From the NCBI RefSeq assembly GCF_008831285.2, contig NC_045138.2, positions 2,294,001 through 2,358,000 of the forward strand: a DNA stretch of 64,000 bases. The letters run 5' to 3'. This DNA is from Nymphaea colorata (taxonomy: Eukaryota). The notes beneath the pieces were generated by a model. It was not told where the DNA came from. It worked only from the letters and a program-made list of their open reading frames with translations, and made no database searches. Of the stretch, positions 27,648-40,810 are shown in pieces (the first letter of the stretch is position 1; every line of letters begins with the position of its first letter). Both the position numbers and the translations under genes were made by a program.

Positions 27648-28841
27648 GTTTTGCTCTCTCTCTCTCTCACACACACACACACTTTTTTAATCTGTAAAAT
27701 GCCATCTATTGTAAATTTCCAATGACTTAGGCCATTGGTAACTCACGAATGCCCAACTGCCTTGACATAATTTTCATAGCCTAAGTTGGAGTTCAATAAG
27801 TTTAGTTATGTAGTCTAGGCATTTGAACTCTTGATCTTCCTAACCAGCTGGTAGGTGAAGTGCACATCAAATTGTGCGTGTGTATGCATGCCAGTATGCA
27901 TTTTTTGGTAAAAGCATTGAACTTTAGTTAAAGATGCATACACAAGTTCCCTTCTTTCTTTTTATGTTCTTTTTTGTTTTCTTTATAGATTTAGCATAAG
28001 CCAACATTCTTTAGCAAAGTCACACCCTAAAGGCACTTGATATGATGGGTTGCTTAGACTTCTTGTTCTAGGGGAGCTAGCCCACAAGCAAATCATTTGT
28101 TATGGACTTAAGCCCCCATGGGACAAGTGTCTACACTCTAACTTCCTAGCTCCACTTGCCTCGGACAAGACTCGGCCGCAAACTTGAGCTGACATGTGTC
28201 ACTCGTAAGCCTTCATATTGACAGCTGGTCGTGAGGAATGATCATTCTCACAAAGGTTAGTGGTCCTTTTCATCATGCCTCCCCTTCCCAATCTTTGGAC
28301 CTTGATTGGCATGGCGTGATAGAAACCAAAGTCTGTTTGGGCATATGCCAGTGGATCGGGGTAGAACCAAGGTAGGGCCTGCATAGACCCTAGCCTCATC
28401 TAAAAAAAAAAATCAAAAAAAATATATGTAAATTTTAGAAAATTTCACTTGTTTTATAGAAACTAGAGAAATAATATTTGAGCCCTAGTCAAAATTTAGA
28501 AACTTTAATTCCGCCTTCCTCATGAAAAATTTATGCCTCCAAGTGGTTGAACCCCAAGGTCTAATATGCCAAATGATCGGCCTACTTCTCAACTTCCATC
28601 ACCAGACAAAAAGGGAGAAAAAATGTGGACATTCATTTTATTCCCTCCCCAAATGGAAGCTTCTTGATCATTTCCTCGATTTTGGAGATCATTCGAGATT
28701 TTTGAAAAGTATGTGACTATTCGTTAGTTTTACTGAAAGCAAATGATCCATGATTGGGTCCGGTTTGCTCAACCCAAAAAAACCTGCATTGAATTTGAAC
28801 TTGTCTTGTTGGTACACTGAGCCATCTGTTTTCCTTGCTAA

Positions 28842-29151
28842 CGCTATGTTTGGATGAAGGAAAAGGAATTGATGGCAAGGAAAGGAAGGGAAAGGGAAGG
28901 GAAGGAAATGAGGAGAGAAATGAGAATAAAGGAATGGGAATCATCATCCCTTCCAATCTCTCCATTTTTGGAGGGATTGGAATTACATTAAAAAAACATT
29001 TCCTTTCCCTCCCTTCCTTTCCTTTCCCTTGCATCGAAACACAGTTATTGGTTCTTTTTTCCTTTCCCTTCATATTAATTAGTCACCCAAACACTGGAAA
29101 GACCTTTCTTTACATTCCTTTTCCTCCCTTTCCCTCCATCCAAACAGGCTG
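28842..29151. mobile_element. Tourist-like MITE, same family as 12633-13028
   Basis: TIR tgtttggatg/catccaaaca, GGAAA/TTTCC internal repeats, flanked by taa/tca. Confidence 0.8.
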
Positions 29152-30705
29152 TCAGTGCCTTGTTTTCCAAAGTGTGTTGTTTTGCTTAGTTGACATCTGA
29201 AAGGGTCTTTATTGTGCGAACAAGGACAAATAACAGAAGAAGGAATGAGAGAACTCCGTGCAAATACACGTCAAACGGCGTGTAAACATATCTTGATAAA
29301 CACGACTGCCTGTTTATCTGAATAGGAGGAGAGAGTGACATGCAGTTGAATTACAAGAACTCCAAACTTATTGAACTCCACATTAATTTGATGGTTTTGG
29401 CTATTGGTGATTTACAAGAACTCCAAACAAGAGTTGGCCGTTTGGAATTATAAGAATTCCCAACATCATTGTAATGTTATTCTCGAGCTTCCTGAGATCA
29501 TTTTTCCAAGTTTGAGCCAACTGTTTACAAGAGGAACCTACCCATCAGCAAATTCTCTGTTTCGAGGTCTTGATGTTGCACAGCAATGAACTGGAATACT
29601 TAACCATGTGCATCTTTTTTACCTTTAACAACAGTGAACTAGTATCACGTAGTAGTAATTTTCAACACGGAACTAATATCATGTAATACTAATTTTCAAG
29701 GAAGCAAGAAGAGTATTCCATTTTACCATTTGACTGAAAGCCAAAACTCTCACTTGTCATCTCATCCCTCTAGAGAACTTGGCCTACTTTCAGTGTCACC
29801 TGACCCTGTTATGCTTCAGCTTGCATATTGGTGTTCATCCCTCCTTACCCCTTTTTCAGCGGAGAGAGTTGTGGTACAGACAGAAACAGAGACTAAAGGA
29901 CAACTATCATCTCTACATTCATCTAATACTAATTATTTTTTCAATATATACAATTTTTTTCTCTTTATGTTTTCCAATATTGTTCACAGGTTAATGTATG
30001 GTACCTTGCCAATATGTAAAAGATATTTAATGAAACCAGTATTTATGTAGGAGCATACTCAACTTCTTGTTTAGGAAAGCAAAAATACTTGACCAATTGT
30101 CTGTTTTCAATTATGGTATATATCACGCAAAAGTAGACCGTCAAGTGAAAGTTCGAATTCAGCCAGAGTACACATTCATGTCAAATATACAACCTGTTTC
30201 TCTAATGTTTCTAATGTTGTTCATGGATTAATGTATGGTAACCCTGCCAATCTGAAAGAGATATTTCAACTCCCGATTGAGAAAGCAAAAGATATTTCAC
30301 TGAAATTATCTGCTTCAATTATGGTATATATCACTCAAAAGTAGGCGATCAAGTAAAAAGTTTGAACCGAACCGGAGTACATTCAAGTTATGTGCTAACA
30401 ATTTAAGTTTGATGTGTCTATCGCATTTGGTAAGAAGAAATGTTGATCCGATGTATCGTTTTATCGAAACCAGCTAAATGGATTCGGATTTAAGATCAAA
30501 TACATATAATTGGATTGTATCTGAATCACTCCTCAGGCCACAGGCAAACTTGTTTGATTCAATGGCAGATTCTCACTTATCACGCTTTGATTATTTTATT
30601 ACTCTTCAAATTTTTATTTAATTCCTGTCTTTTATGTTAGGAAAAAAAAAAGAGATTTGAATCACTTGATTAATTGGCCGATTCTTTTTCAAAAATCCAT
30701 CTTTC

Positions 30706-30943
30706 GGGTGAGCAAGGGGTATTAATCCCACCGCCCGAAAAAGGCCCGAAAGCCCCCCCATTCCCCCTGCCTCCGAAGTCCTGAGCTGCATCGGTGTCAG
30801 CGATAGCAACGGTGCACCCTTCAGCTTAGATGCCGCGCCCTACCGCCTTAAGACACAGGAACATAACGTCCACGGGAATCGAACTAGAGACCTGCCTTAG
30901 TACAGGCCCCTAGCTCAACCAGCTACGCTATGCCCCTTGAGAC
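30706..30943 (-). mobile_element. tRNA-derived SINE
   Basis: Pol III A box TAGCGTAGCTGG (30930-30919) and B box GTTCGATTCC (30884-30875). Exact 17-bp TSD tcaaaaatccatctttc (30689-30705, 30944-30960). The empty site is in the paralogue at 901-917. Confidence 0.9.
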
Positions 30944-32551
30944 TCAAAAATCCATCTTTCACGGCCATATATTTCCTTAAGGAGAGTTGGGAGGCGACCT
31001 TTTTAAGATAAATGCCACGGGCACTTTTGTACCCGATTCATGATCTGATCCAGTTCTGCCTTTATATTAAAATCGATGCAATCAGATAACCGGGTCAAAC
31101 CATTATATAGGATCCAAGCAGGGGCGGAGGGAAGCCGGTAGTAGGGGCCTGGCCCTCCTCATATTTTAAAAACTTTAAAAAATTTTATGTAAATGTAGAA
31201 AAGATTAGTTTAACATATATAAAAATTTTGAAAATTTTTATTTTTACTTATGTTAAAATTTTGAAACTATAGTTTTGCCCCTGCAACAAAAAATTTCTGC
31301 ATCCACCCCTCGATCCAAGTAACGTATACATACAAGAACAGGAACCATTTGTGAGCAAATATTCAAACTTCAAAGGCACGATACTGATTGGATCCACGTA
31401 AAAGAAAATAACTTGCTTTCCAGAGCTAGATTGTAGCATGGGGTGCTGCTCCGACCCAATCATGACAACCTTTAGTAAGTATCATTTATTTCCTGAAAAA
31501 CATAGTTTATGCATGGAAGTTAATCAAAGAAATAATTTCGCATGATAAGATAAATAGCAGCACAGAGGTATCAGAAGCACCACGGTGATATGCTACAATC
31601 ATCTGTTGAGAGGATAAATTTAGAAGGAGAAGACGACGACTATGGCGAGGAAGGTTATGGTGGCTGCCCTTATCAGAAAACCTCCATCCCTTTCACGAAA
31701 GTTGTCTCTCATTCAATTGATGCAAGGCAGGAATCAAGCTACTGTCTTTACACAATTCAATTGATGCAAAGGGGGAATCAAGCTACTGTCTTTACACCAT
31801 TCAATTGATGCAAGACGAGAATCAAACTCTTTTCAAAAACAAATGAGATGATTTCAAAAATTGGTACAAAGTACAGAAATGAATTCTTCTTTTTACGAAG
31901 AAAAAAGTCGCTCCATGATTCATGTAGTTGGATCACAACAATTATGTCCATATAGACCTTCTTGATTCATGATTCATGCTTGTTTTCTTACCAAGCATGG
32001 ATATATCTATCAGAGAGCTGGTCAGGTTCTTTCTTTTTCTTTTCCTTTTCTCCGTTTGGGAAGGAAATTTAAGGAAAGAAAGGCAGAGAAAAGAAGGAAA
32101 AGAAGAAGGAAGAAGGGAGTTGAGCGGCAGGGAGAAGGGGTTGGCTGTTGTGTCCCTCCTCCTTCCCTTCTGCTCTCTTCCTTCCTTTGTTTCTTCGTGT
32201 TTCTTTCCTACTTTCTTTCTCAGAAGGAGAAAATGAAAAGTAGCAGAAAGAAGCAGGCCAAATCACTGGTAGATAAATCCATGCTTGGCAAGGCACCAAG
32301 GCCTGTTTTGGACATAACAGCGAGGGTCTTTGTAAAAACATAATTCCTTGTTTTTCTTTATACAAGTGGAAATTCCTTGCCTAGAGGCAGTGCTACATTA
32401 AATTTCAAATTTTAAGAGGCAGTGATATGTGAAAAAATGAAAATTAATGAAATTTATATATGAAAATAAAATAAATTCCATGAGCTGGTGTGGGCAATTG
32501 CCCACAGCAGCCACAGTCTGACTCCTCCAATGTGAGAAAAGCAAGAAAGCA

Positions 32552-33968
32552 ATGCGTGTTTGAAGAGTTTAGTTGTCATGATACTCTAACTTCTCATAAT
32601 TATTTGAAAGCAAATGTCACTAAACTAGAAAACATGTTTACAATTAGGCCCCTAACATGAGACTCTGTGGTAGGGCTAAAATAGCAAAAAATTACAATGT
32701 AAACTAAGTAAAATTCCTCCCAATAAAAATAAAAATTAAATGAAAAAAAAATGACTCCTCTGGTGAAACAGTGGCAAAGAGGTTCTCTGTTGGCCGCATG
32801 GCCTCATTAAATTAGGATGATAATTCAAAATGCAAATGTCGTGAGGTTGCTTTCATTATTTACAATCATAAGTCCCACCTTAGTAATATGGCGAAGAAGC
32901 TTATACCCTTTTGGTAAACTTTTGGTTTATGTAGCGTAGAAGCTAGGGTTGAACAACCAGCCGAGTAACTGGAACTCCGCTCGTTAAAACTCGGCTCGAA
33001 CTCGAGTTCGAGCCAGCTTTTCTACTCAATGAATCGAGAGAACGAGTTGCTGGTTCAGCTCGTTTATTTATTGAGTCGAGTTCGCTCGACAAGCACCGCG
33101 TAGCTTCTGAGCTACGTAAACCAAAAGTTTACCAAAAGGGTATAAGCTTCTTCACCATATTACTAAGGCGGTGAAAGCAACCTCAGGGACATTTGCATTT
33201 TGAATTGTCATCCTAATTTAATGAGGCCGGTTACAATGTGCGGCCAACAGAGAACCTCTTTGCTAGGGCTGCACAACAACTCGGGCTCGACTCGAACTCG
33301 CTTGAGTAAATTCGACTCGAGCTCGGCTTGTTTGTTATACGAGTCAAGCTCGAGCTTAAATATAAACTCGATTATGTTAACAAGCCGAGTTCGAGTTAAT
33401 CAAACTCGACTCGATTGAACTCGACTCGGCCCGACTTTAATTTTTCTTTTATGTTTTTCCTCTTTCTTTTGTTTTGCATTTTTTAATTTTCCCTCCTTTT
33501 TCACGCTTCCTCTTTTTCTCATTATTAAACCTCAACCTCATCATTACTCTTCCACCACAAGGAACTGCGCGTGTGAGAAAGAAATAAATGAGTTTACTCG
33601 AGCCACTCGAGTCGAGCTTGAGCGTGGAGACAGTTTCTCTAGTCGAGTTGGAGTTAAAGTCCTCAAGCTCGAGCTGACTAAACATGAGTCGAGCTCGAGC
33701 TGGCGGAACTCGAGCCCTACTCTTTGCCACTGTTTCACCATATGGGTATTTTGCTTTTTACTAGGATCGTTTTTTTTTCATTTAATTTTTTCCTTTATTG
33801 GGAGCAATTTTTTTAGTTTACCATGTAATTTTTTGCTATTTTAGCCCTAACACAGAGTCTCATGTTAGGGGCCTAATATGTAACATGTTTTCTAGTTTAG
33901 TGACATTTGCTTTCAAATAATTATGAGAAGTTAGAGTATTATGACAACTAAACTCTTCAGACACTCAT
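32552..33968. repeat. Long inverted repeat (arms 32552-32945 and 33101-33968) centred on a truncated hAT end
   Basis: Arms of about 390 bp are reverse-complementary with small indels, e.g. gaagcttatacccttttggtaaacttttggttta / taaaccaaaagtttaccaaaagggtataagcttc. The right arm is interrupted by a MITE. Confidence 0.93.
33264..33719. mobile_element. hAT non-autonomous element (CTCGA-rich subterminal repeats)
   Basis: TIR tagggct/agcccta with an exact 8-bp TSD ctctttgc (33256-33263, 33720-33727). The empty site is in the opposite arm. Confidence 0.9.
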
Positions 33969-36443
33969 ATGCAAGCCATTTCACTCATAGGCATCTTAAA
34001 GTCATAATCATCACATCATTAATGTTTTTTTCCTTTTTAAAATAAATCTTCAAAAAAAAAAAACAAAGGAGAAAGCCCTACTCCTTATTGGCTTGGGTCC
34101 ATTTCTTTCTTAGTTTTAGTAAAGGTTCTTGTTAATATATTCAATTTGGGTCGGACATCCAATTGAACTGTTCTGAAAAATTGGATATTAAAAACAAAAG
34201 ATTTAGTATCCGATTAAAAAATCGGATCGAATTTGGATTTAAGAAATGACATCGGATCAAATGTATATTTGAATTTGGATATACATAAATATATGATCGG
34301 ATGTATATATGAACGGATTGGATTTATTTTTAAACAAACATCCTACATCTAATGTTCCTACATTAAAAAAATCGGCCTCATCTAGTTCAAAATTCGGATT
34401 CAGACTGTGAAATCAGATTTTGGATTGAGATTCAGTTATAACTTTTCTTTCTTCATATTCAAACACGAACTCAAAGCTAGACATGTGAATATCAAAAATC
34501 AGATGCAGTTAAGGGTATACCTAATTCGAATCCTATCCGTGGGCTAACGTTGATTATTACTTGCAGTTGTTGATTTCTTGATTGATTCTCAAAAGGGATG
34601 CGGTGGATATTGCTAATGAAGATGAAACGAAATTGGTAGTTGTACGCAGTGTAAAATTCTGCAGTATATGGAAAGGGAAAGTTTTTGTGAGAAAGACGTA
34701 CCAATGGTTTTGGTCGTGTATTTTTTGTACTTAATTTTTCTTTCAGGTTTACTTTATCAGACACGCCCTACCTTTTGCATGGTGGTGAGTTGAATATGAA
34801 CTAAGCTTCAGCATCGGGCTCGGGTACGCGGTGCCTGATCCAATCGGGCTCAGGTCGGCCTGATTTATTTCTTATATTCTTTTTATGTGATAATTATATA
34901 TAATTTATTATTAAAAATATATTTCATATTTTGAAAAATTATTTTAACCAGACAGGGCCAAGTCGGGCTCGGGATCAGGTTTCGGACATCAGGCCAGGCC
35001 ACGCCCAGACTTGGATTTGGGCATCGAACCAGGCCTAATATGAACCACAAAAAGAACTGGATTTTCATTTGGCTGTAGACGAGCAGCCATTGTTCATATT
35101 CTGCTCTCCAATAACCATAGTGTAGAAGGCTGAAGAACAAACATAACCTGAAACAATAGGTAAATACAGGGTAGGCCTCACTTTGGCTTTCCGAATTAAT
35201 GTGCAAACTTTCTTTCTTAGATGTTGTCTTTAGAATAATTATAATGAAGCTCTTTGATCAAAATTTTGCCAAATGATTTTTTTTTTTTATTAGTTGCCAA
35301 TGTTGTGAAAATGAACCTGAATTGACTTAAAGGAATTGAATCGCTTGCAAATTAATCTGATTAACTAAAGAGTGCCAATGATATAAAAATATTCATTTTA
35401 TATTTATTATTGATTTTAATTTTTTGTGATAATAAAGTCAATTGATTAATCACTAAATCGGCCGATTAATTCATACGCTTTTCTCTCGTAAGTCGTGTTT
35501 GGTAGCCAAGTCAAAGCATACTGGTTGATGATTGTGTTTGACAAGCAAATTGTTTATTAAATGTTTCCAAAAAACAGAAAATCAAGTTTACATATAAGCC
35601 AATAACACTAACAATGTAGATGCATGCATATATAGGCTTACTTTTCAATGTAATGACAAAACAAAAAGATAGATATTGTTTTTCTTTTTTTTTTTTTTTT
35701 ACCACAAATGAGGGGTTAGCTGCAGGGTCCATGGCCCCTCCTCACATTTTTTAAAATAAAAAATGTACAAGTAAATTCTAAAAAAATAGTTTAATTTATA
35801 TAAAAAAGAAATTTGAAATATTATATTTCAACCCTCCAGGAACAAAAGCAAGAATTTTGCATGTCGTTGACGGGGGCGAATTATAGTTTTCAAAGAATAT
35901 AAGTTTTCATAATTTTTATATCAGATAATTAATTTTTTTTAATTTACATGTAAATCTTTTCAAAAAAAAAATTTGAGGGAGGGTGGAGGGCCGGGGCCCC
36001 TGCCTTTGGCTCCGCCCCTATGTACTGCATTGTCATTAGTTACCTTCCGTTTCCTACTTTCACAATGAGTCAAGGAAAATGTCTCTAGTGAGTGTTTAAA
36101 TTATACACTATGAAAACCAATTTCCCTGTTCATACACTACAGAATTTTACAATGCATACAGCTGCTATTTTGGGGCAGATATGCGCATTTCTAAAGTAGA
36201 AGAACCCTAGGTAGAAGTTCAGCTTATAATAGTATTCTCTGGATCCATTTTTGGATAGATATGCGCATTTCTCTACATTTTCTAATCTTTCACGGCTAGA
36301 AGGACGAGTTTCTCTCTCTCTCTCTCTCTCTCTCACTGCTTGATTTGCTCAGTAAACTGGTTGCAAAGCTCCTACCTAACAAGCTGGAAACTGTGATCTT
36401 CACGCTGTTGGAAGAATCTCATCATGCATTTAGGGGTGGAGAT

Positions 36444-36530
36444 CTGTCACCAGGGTGCGGCAACTCTGGTGACGCACCCGCGTCCGCACCGCATCCGCAC
36501 CCGTACCCGCACCGCATCTTGGTGACATAG
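36444..36530. mobile_element. 87-bp miniature hAT-type element
   Basis: TIR tgtcaccagggtgcgg/ccgcatcttggtgaca, CCGCA repeats, and an 8-bp TSD gtggagat/gcggagat. Confidence 0.7.
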
Positions 36531-36990
36531 GCGGAGATGAGTGGGGTTTATGTGGGGCATATGCTCTATGGAGCGCACTCTAAAACCCCATTTTCAGTGC
36601 TTGGATTCGGATGGACTGACTTTGGTCCAGTTATATGGGTCAGCCCATAAAACCCGAGTTACAGCTTCAAGGTCAATTAAAAAATTGTTAATTAAATATT
36701 TAGTACTTCGGAAAAAAAATTCTAGCTCCACACCAACATTGACCATGCAATGATACAACAAAAGGTTTGCACTTTGTTCCTTTTACATATGTTTTCTATT
36801 CCTTCATGCTTTCATGATAAATATTTAAAGTGTTGATGATAAATCCATGGTTCATCGAACTAAGGATCTTAGGTCTAACCTAAGATTTACACTTAAGATC
36901 CTTATTTTACTTTTTTATATTGATAAAAGGTCGGGCCAAATCTTGAATCCACAAATCTAGAAGATCTCATGTTTGCATTGCATGATACAC

Positions 36991-37686
36991 TATGAAAACC
37001 ACTTGGTCTGTCTTTTTCGTGAAAACCTGTTTTTCTATATGCAGTAGAATTTTATAGTGCATACAACTGCCACTTACTTTGCTCGTTATCGTCAATGTCC
37101 AGTGTCTTTTAAGAATCAATCAAGAAACAAACAACAACAGCCCAGGTAAATTAGTAAGTAGGGAAAATATTTTTCCGGTTTGGGAGGTGGAGCGGCGGTG
37201 CTATTTTAATCACCTCCACAGTACTGAAGAAAACCCTTTTACTCTTGCTTCCCTAAGATAGTAAATTTTGTGGGTTGGTGCAGGCAAGCACCTGCAACAG
37301 CCATAATGTGGCTTCGCTACTGAATGGAAGGGCTAGAGAGCTGCCGTGAGAGGTGGCGGAGGAGATGGAGGTCAAGAAGCCTCCAATGGGAGGGGAAGAG
37401 AGGGTGATACTGGGAAAATGAGAGTAAAAGGGTTTTCTTCAGTGTTAAGAAGGTGATTCAGATAGCACTCCAGCTCTACCTCCAAAACCAGGAAAGAATT
37501 TACCGTGCTTACTCCTTATTCAATTGGACCCATTTCTTTCTTGTTAGGCTCTTATTTCTTGATTGATTCCCATAAGGTAAATATTGGACATTGTAGAACA
37601 AAGGAAATGGCGGTTGCGTGCATTGTAAAATCTTGCGGTATTTAGGAAGGGAAAGGATTTCATGAAAAAGACAAGTAATTTTCATA
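36991..37686. repeat. Degenerate fold-back with a well-paired inner stem (37153-37245 / 37421-37513)
   Basis: Perfect 23-bp helix 37223-37245 / 37421-37443. Outer paired blocks aatcaatcaagaaa/tttcttgattgatt, caatgtcca/tggacattg and tgtctttttcgtgaaa/tttcatgaaaaagaca. Confidence 0.85.
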
Positions 37687-37690
37687 AACA

Positions 37691-37749
<59 letters not shown>

Positions 37750-38719
37750 AAAGGATTTCATGAAAAAGACAAGTAAAGTAATTTTCATAAACATTAATTT
37801 TATATATATATATATATAAAGAGAGAGAGAGAGAAAGATCATTCTAATTGATCACTGCGGTGCTTCTGGTACCTCGGTGCTGCTATTTATATTATTTGGA
37901 GAGTTTATTTTTTGGATTAACTTCCATGTAAAAGCTTTCCTTTTTAGGAAATAAATGATATTTCATTAAGTTGGCATCTATCGTGGCTTCTGCTACTATT
38001 TTTTTTCTTAATTTTCATTATTTTTTAAATAAAAGTTGTCATGTTTGGGTCGGAGCATAAGTCCATGCTCCAGTCCGGTTCAGCATCGAGCCATGAATAT
38101 TTGCTCACAATTGGCCTCTGTCCTTGTATATATGGTATTTGGATCCTATATATTGGATCGACCCAGTTATGCGATTGGGAATATTTGATATAGATGCTGA
38201 ACTGGATCAGATCATGAATCGGGTACCATTGTCTTAAAAAGGCGCCCATGGCGCCTGTCTTAATAAGTTCGTGTCCCGACCTCACTTGGGAATATCTATG
38301 GCTTTTATTTATAAAAAAAAAAAAATACGAATTTGGCATGGCTGCAAAATTAGTTGACAATGTCAAAGATCGGTTTTCAAATAGAATCAGGCAATTAAGT
38401 GATTCAAATTTTTTTTCTAAAAAGAAATACTCGTGACATGCAGAGTATGATTGATAATTTGTAGATTCCAAAATGAAGAACCGGCAGGCAGGCCCAAAGA
38501 TCTCATCGAAAACTTGCAGCATCTTGCCCAACAAGGGCTCAGAATCAAGGCTGATGTATGAACTTCCAACTTGACTCGTGCCCGGAGTTTATTCCGGTGT
38601 CGGAATACAAGCCATGCTTGGGTGTAGTTTCTGCTGGTGACTATCATATCACCGCTAGCAGTTGGCCAATGCCATTAGTACTTTTGAAGGAAAAGCAATT
38701 CGGTAAGTACTGGGTTGGG

Positions 38720-38927
38720 CGGGCGGGCGGGCGGGTGAGGTTGGGGATTTTCTTTCTTTCGGCCCAACGTCACTTTGAAAGCGAGTGTTTTGTTCAATCA
38801 CGTCACGAGCAAAGCCCTACACTCGGGCGGGCGGGCGGGTGAGGTTGGGGATTTTCTTTCTTTCGGCCCAACGTCACTTTGAAAGCGAGTGTTTTGTTCA
38901 ATCACGTCACGAGCAAAGCCCTACACT
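38720..38927. repeat. Perfect 104-bp tandem duplication beginning with (GGGC)n
   Basis: Two identical units cgggcgggcgggcgggtgagg...gcaaagccctacact. Confidence 0.9.
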
Positions 38928-40559
38928 TTGAGAGTGCTTTGTGCAATATGGTTTTTTGCTCGTGGCATGGCTTCGCTTTGAGAGAGTGTACTTTTTTGAA
39001 AGAGTATCTAAGATAGAGTCTCACGTATGAAAAGGTCACAAAATGGAGTTGAACCACGTAACATTGCAAAAGCATAATGATAGTAGGGTCGAGACTGGAG
39101 ATATCCGCGCCCTCCTATTATAGAAGAGCAGTGTTCTCTCTGGGCTTGGGAGCGCCTCCTGGACTTTGATAGAAAGGTTTGTCATGAAGTTCCATTGGGC
39201 AGCGTGTCATTGATGTGGTCATTGGTCTGTCAACTGCTTTTTTTATGGAGAAAGAATCAAAATGATAAGTGAGAGTCAGCCATTGTGGCAAATAAATTTG
39301 CCACCCACTCGGCTCAAATCATCCCCATTCAAATAACATTGATTTTCCAAAGATTCAACCCTTAAGGCATACTACTGTGGGATTTGATATCATCAACCAC
39401 TAATATTTTCAACTTTATGGATTCACAAATACAAATATTTTGTGGTACTTACCATTGAAACCTTCATGTGCCTCATATCTTGGTCGTCAGATTTGATATC
39501 ATAAATTCCTATGTTTTTCATTTTACCGGTATATATTGATTTTAAATCGGAACTCAAGTGGTTGGATTCAATAAAAAAGTACATCAGATGAGAAGTTTTT
39601 TCTTCCCAAATCTGATGGATATCCAAGTTCCATAGAGATCGGAATCCATTACTTACATGCAAAGATTTGGGATCTGGTCAGCCCAGTCGTTGTAGAGGCG
39701 GTCAAAGACTTCTTGATCACGGGGAGGCTGCTGAGGAAATTAAGTTAATGGGGGCTTGCTTAGATCTTATTTCAAAATTCCAGGTATGTTGAGATTGTTT
39801 ACCACCCTCAAAAAAGTTCAAATTTGATCATATGTGAGCTTGTTTCAAAGGTTGATACCCGTCATGCTGCTCCATGGAAGGCCTAAATCTTGTATATGTA
39901 CCTTTGTTGTGTATATAAGATTCTATTGTTGCTAAACCTTCTAAAATTTTCATTGTCTTGATGTTGACAAATCATTTTGTGATTCAACATTCTGGAAACG
40001 AATATGCACGTGAGATACTGATATATTTATGAAGCTACAAATAATGATTAACACGAGTAACTATTTCTTTCACATTGTTTTAAATTGCATACTTGTTATT
40101 TTAGCAGTTCTCAGTTTTGACATTATTTTTTAGTAAACTTGCTTGACAATTTGGTCAAAAAACTTACGTTTCGCTACGCCTCATTTGGTTTTGCCTTGCT
40201 TCACAAGCTCAATCTCCCTTTTCTTTTCATCACATTTAACATCAAAATAAACTGAAGTTCAAATATTGCTTCTTCTGAAAATAAGTTGTTCTTATTAAGT
40301 TTCTATTGGATTGTAAGAATCTTATTGTAACTCTGCAAAATATTTTCGTCAACAATTATATTTGTCAAACTTAATTTGAACATATATGATTCGAAAAATG
40401 GCATGGGAATGATGGTTTGCAGACGTGAATGACCCCCAAATCATCCTCAAAAGAGAACTAGTTCCATATGGTGACCATAATGTCAACAATGGGGAGCAGC
40501 CTATAAAACCTGTTTAACATAACAAGTTTATCTACCATTATATGCACCAAAATTACATT

Positions 40560-40810
40560 GCATTGGAAGTGCAATGAGTTCCAGTAATTGTCAGTTCTTC
40601 AACCACAATTCTGCTATCGCTTGGAATGCAAAAATGTCATCAAGAAAATGAAAGGAAAAAGAAAACAAAATAACAAGGTATCGTTCAGACAGTAGATGTA
40701 GTTGGCACAATTCACAAGACAATATGTTCAAGAATGCAGCAACGTATCCAGGATTGATACAATCAGCTCATTTCTGTTGTTCTTCAACACCCAATCTCTG
40801 GAAAGTATAC
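40560..40810 (-). other. Probable non-coding terminal exon (3'UTR) of the inhibitor-3 gene
   Basis: Donor GTGAGT at 43274, 24 nt after the stop codon, then T-rich intron-like sequence and acceptor tactttgcag at 40811. The poly(A) position is unknown, so the left boundary is a guess. Confidence 0.45.

Larger units (their letters stand above)
30173..35838. repeat. Segmental duplication, copy B (paralogue of 1-3128)
   Basis: Collinear with 1-3128. It has an extra SINE (30706-30943) and an extra ~2.8 kb (32634-35430), and lacks about 367-757 of copy A (ggcaaa microhomology at the junction). Confidence 0.92.
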
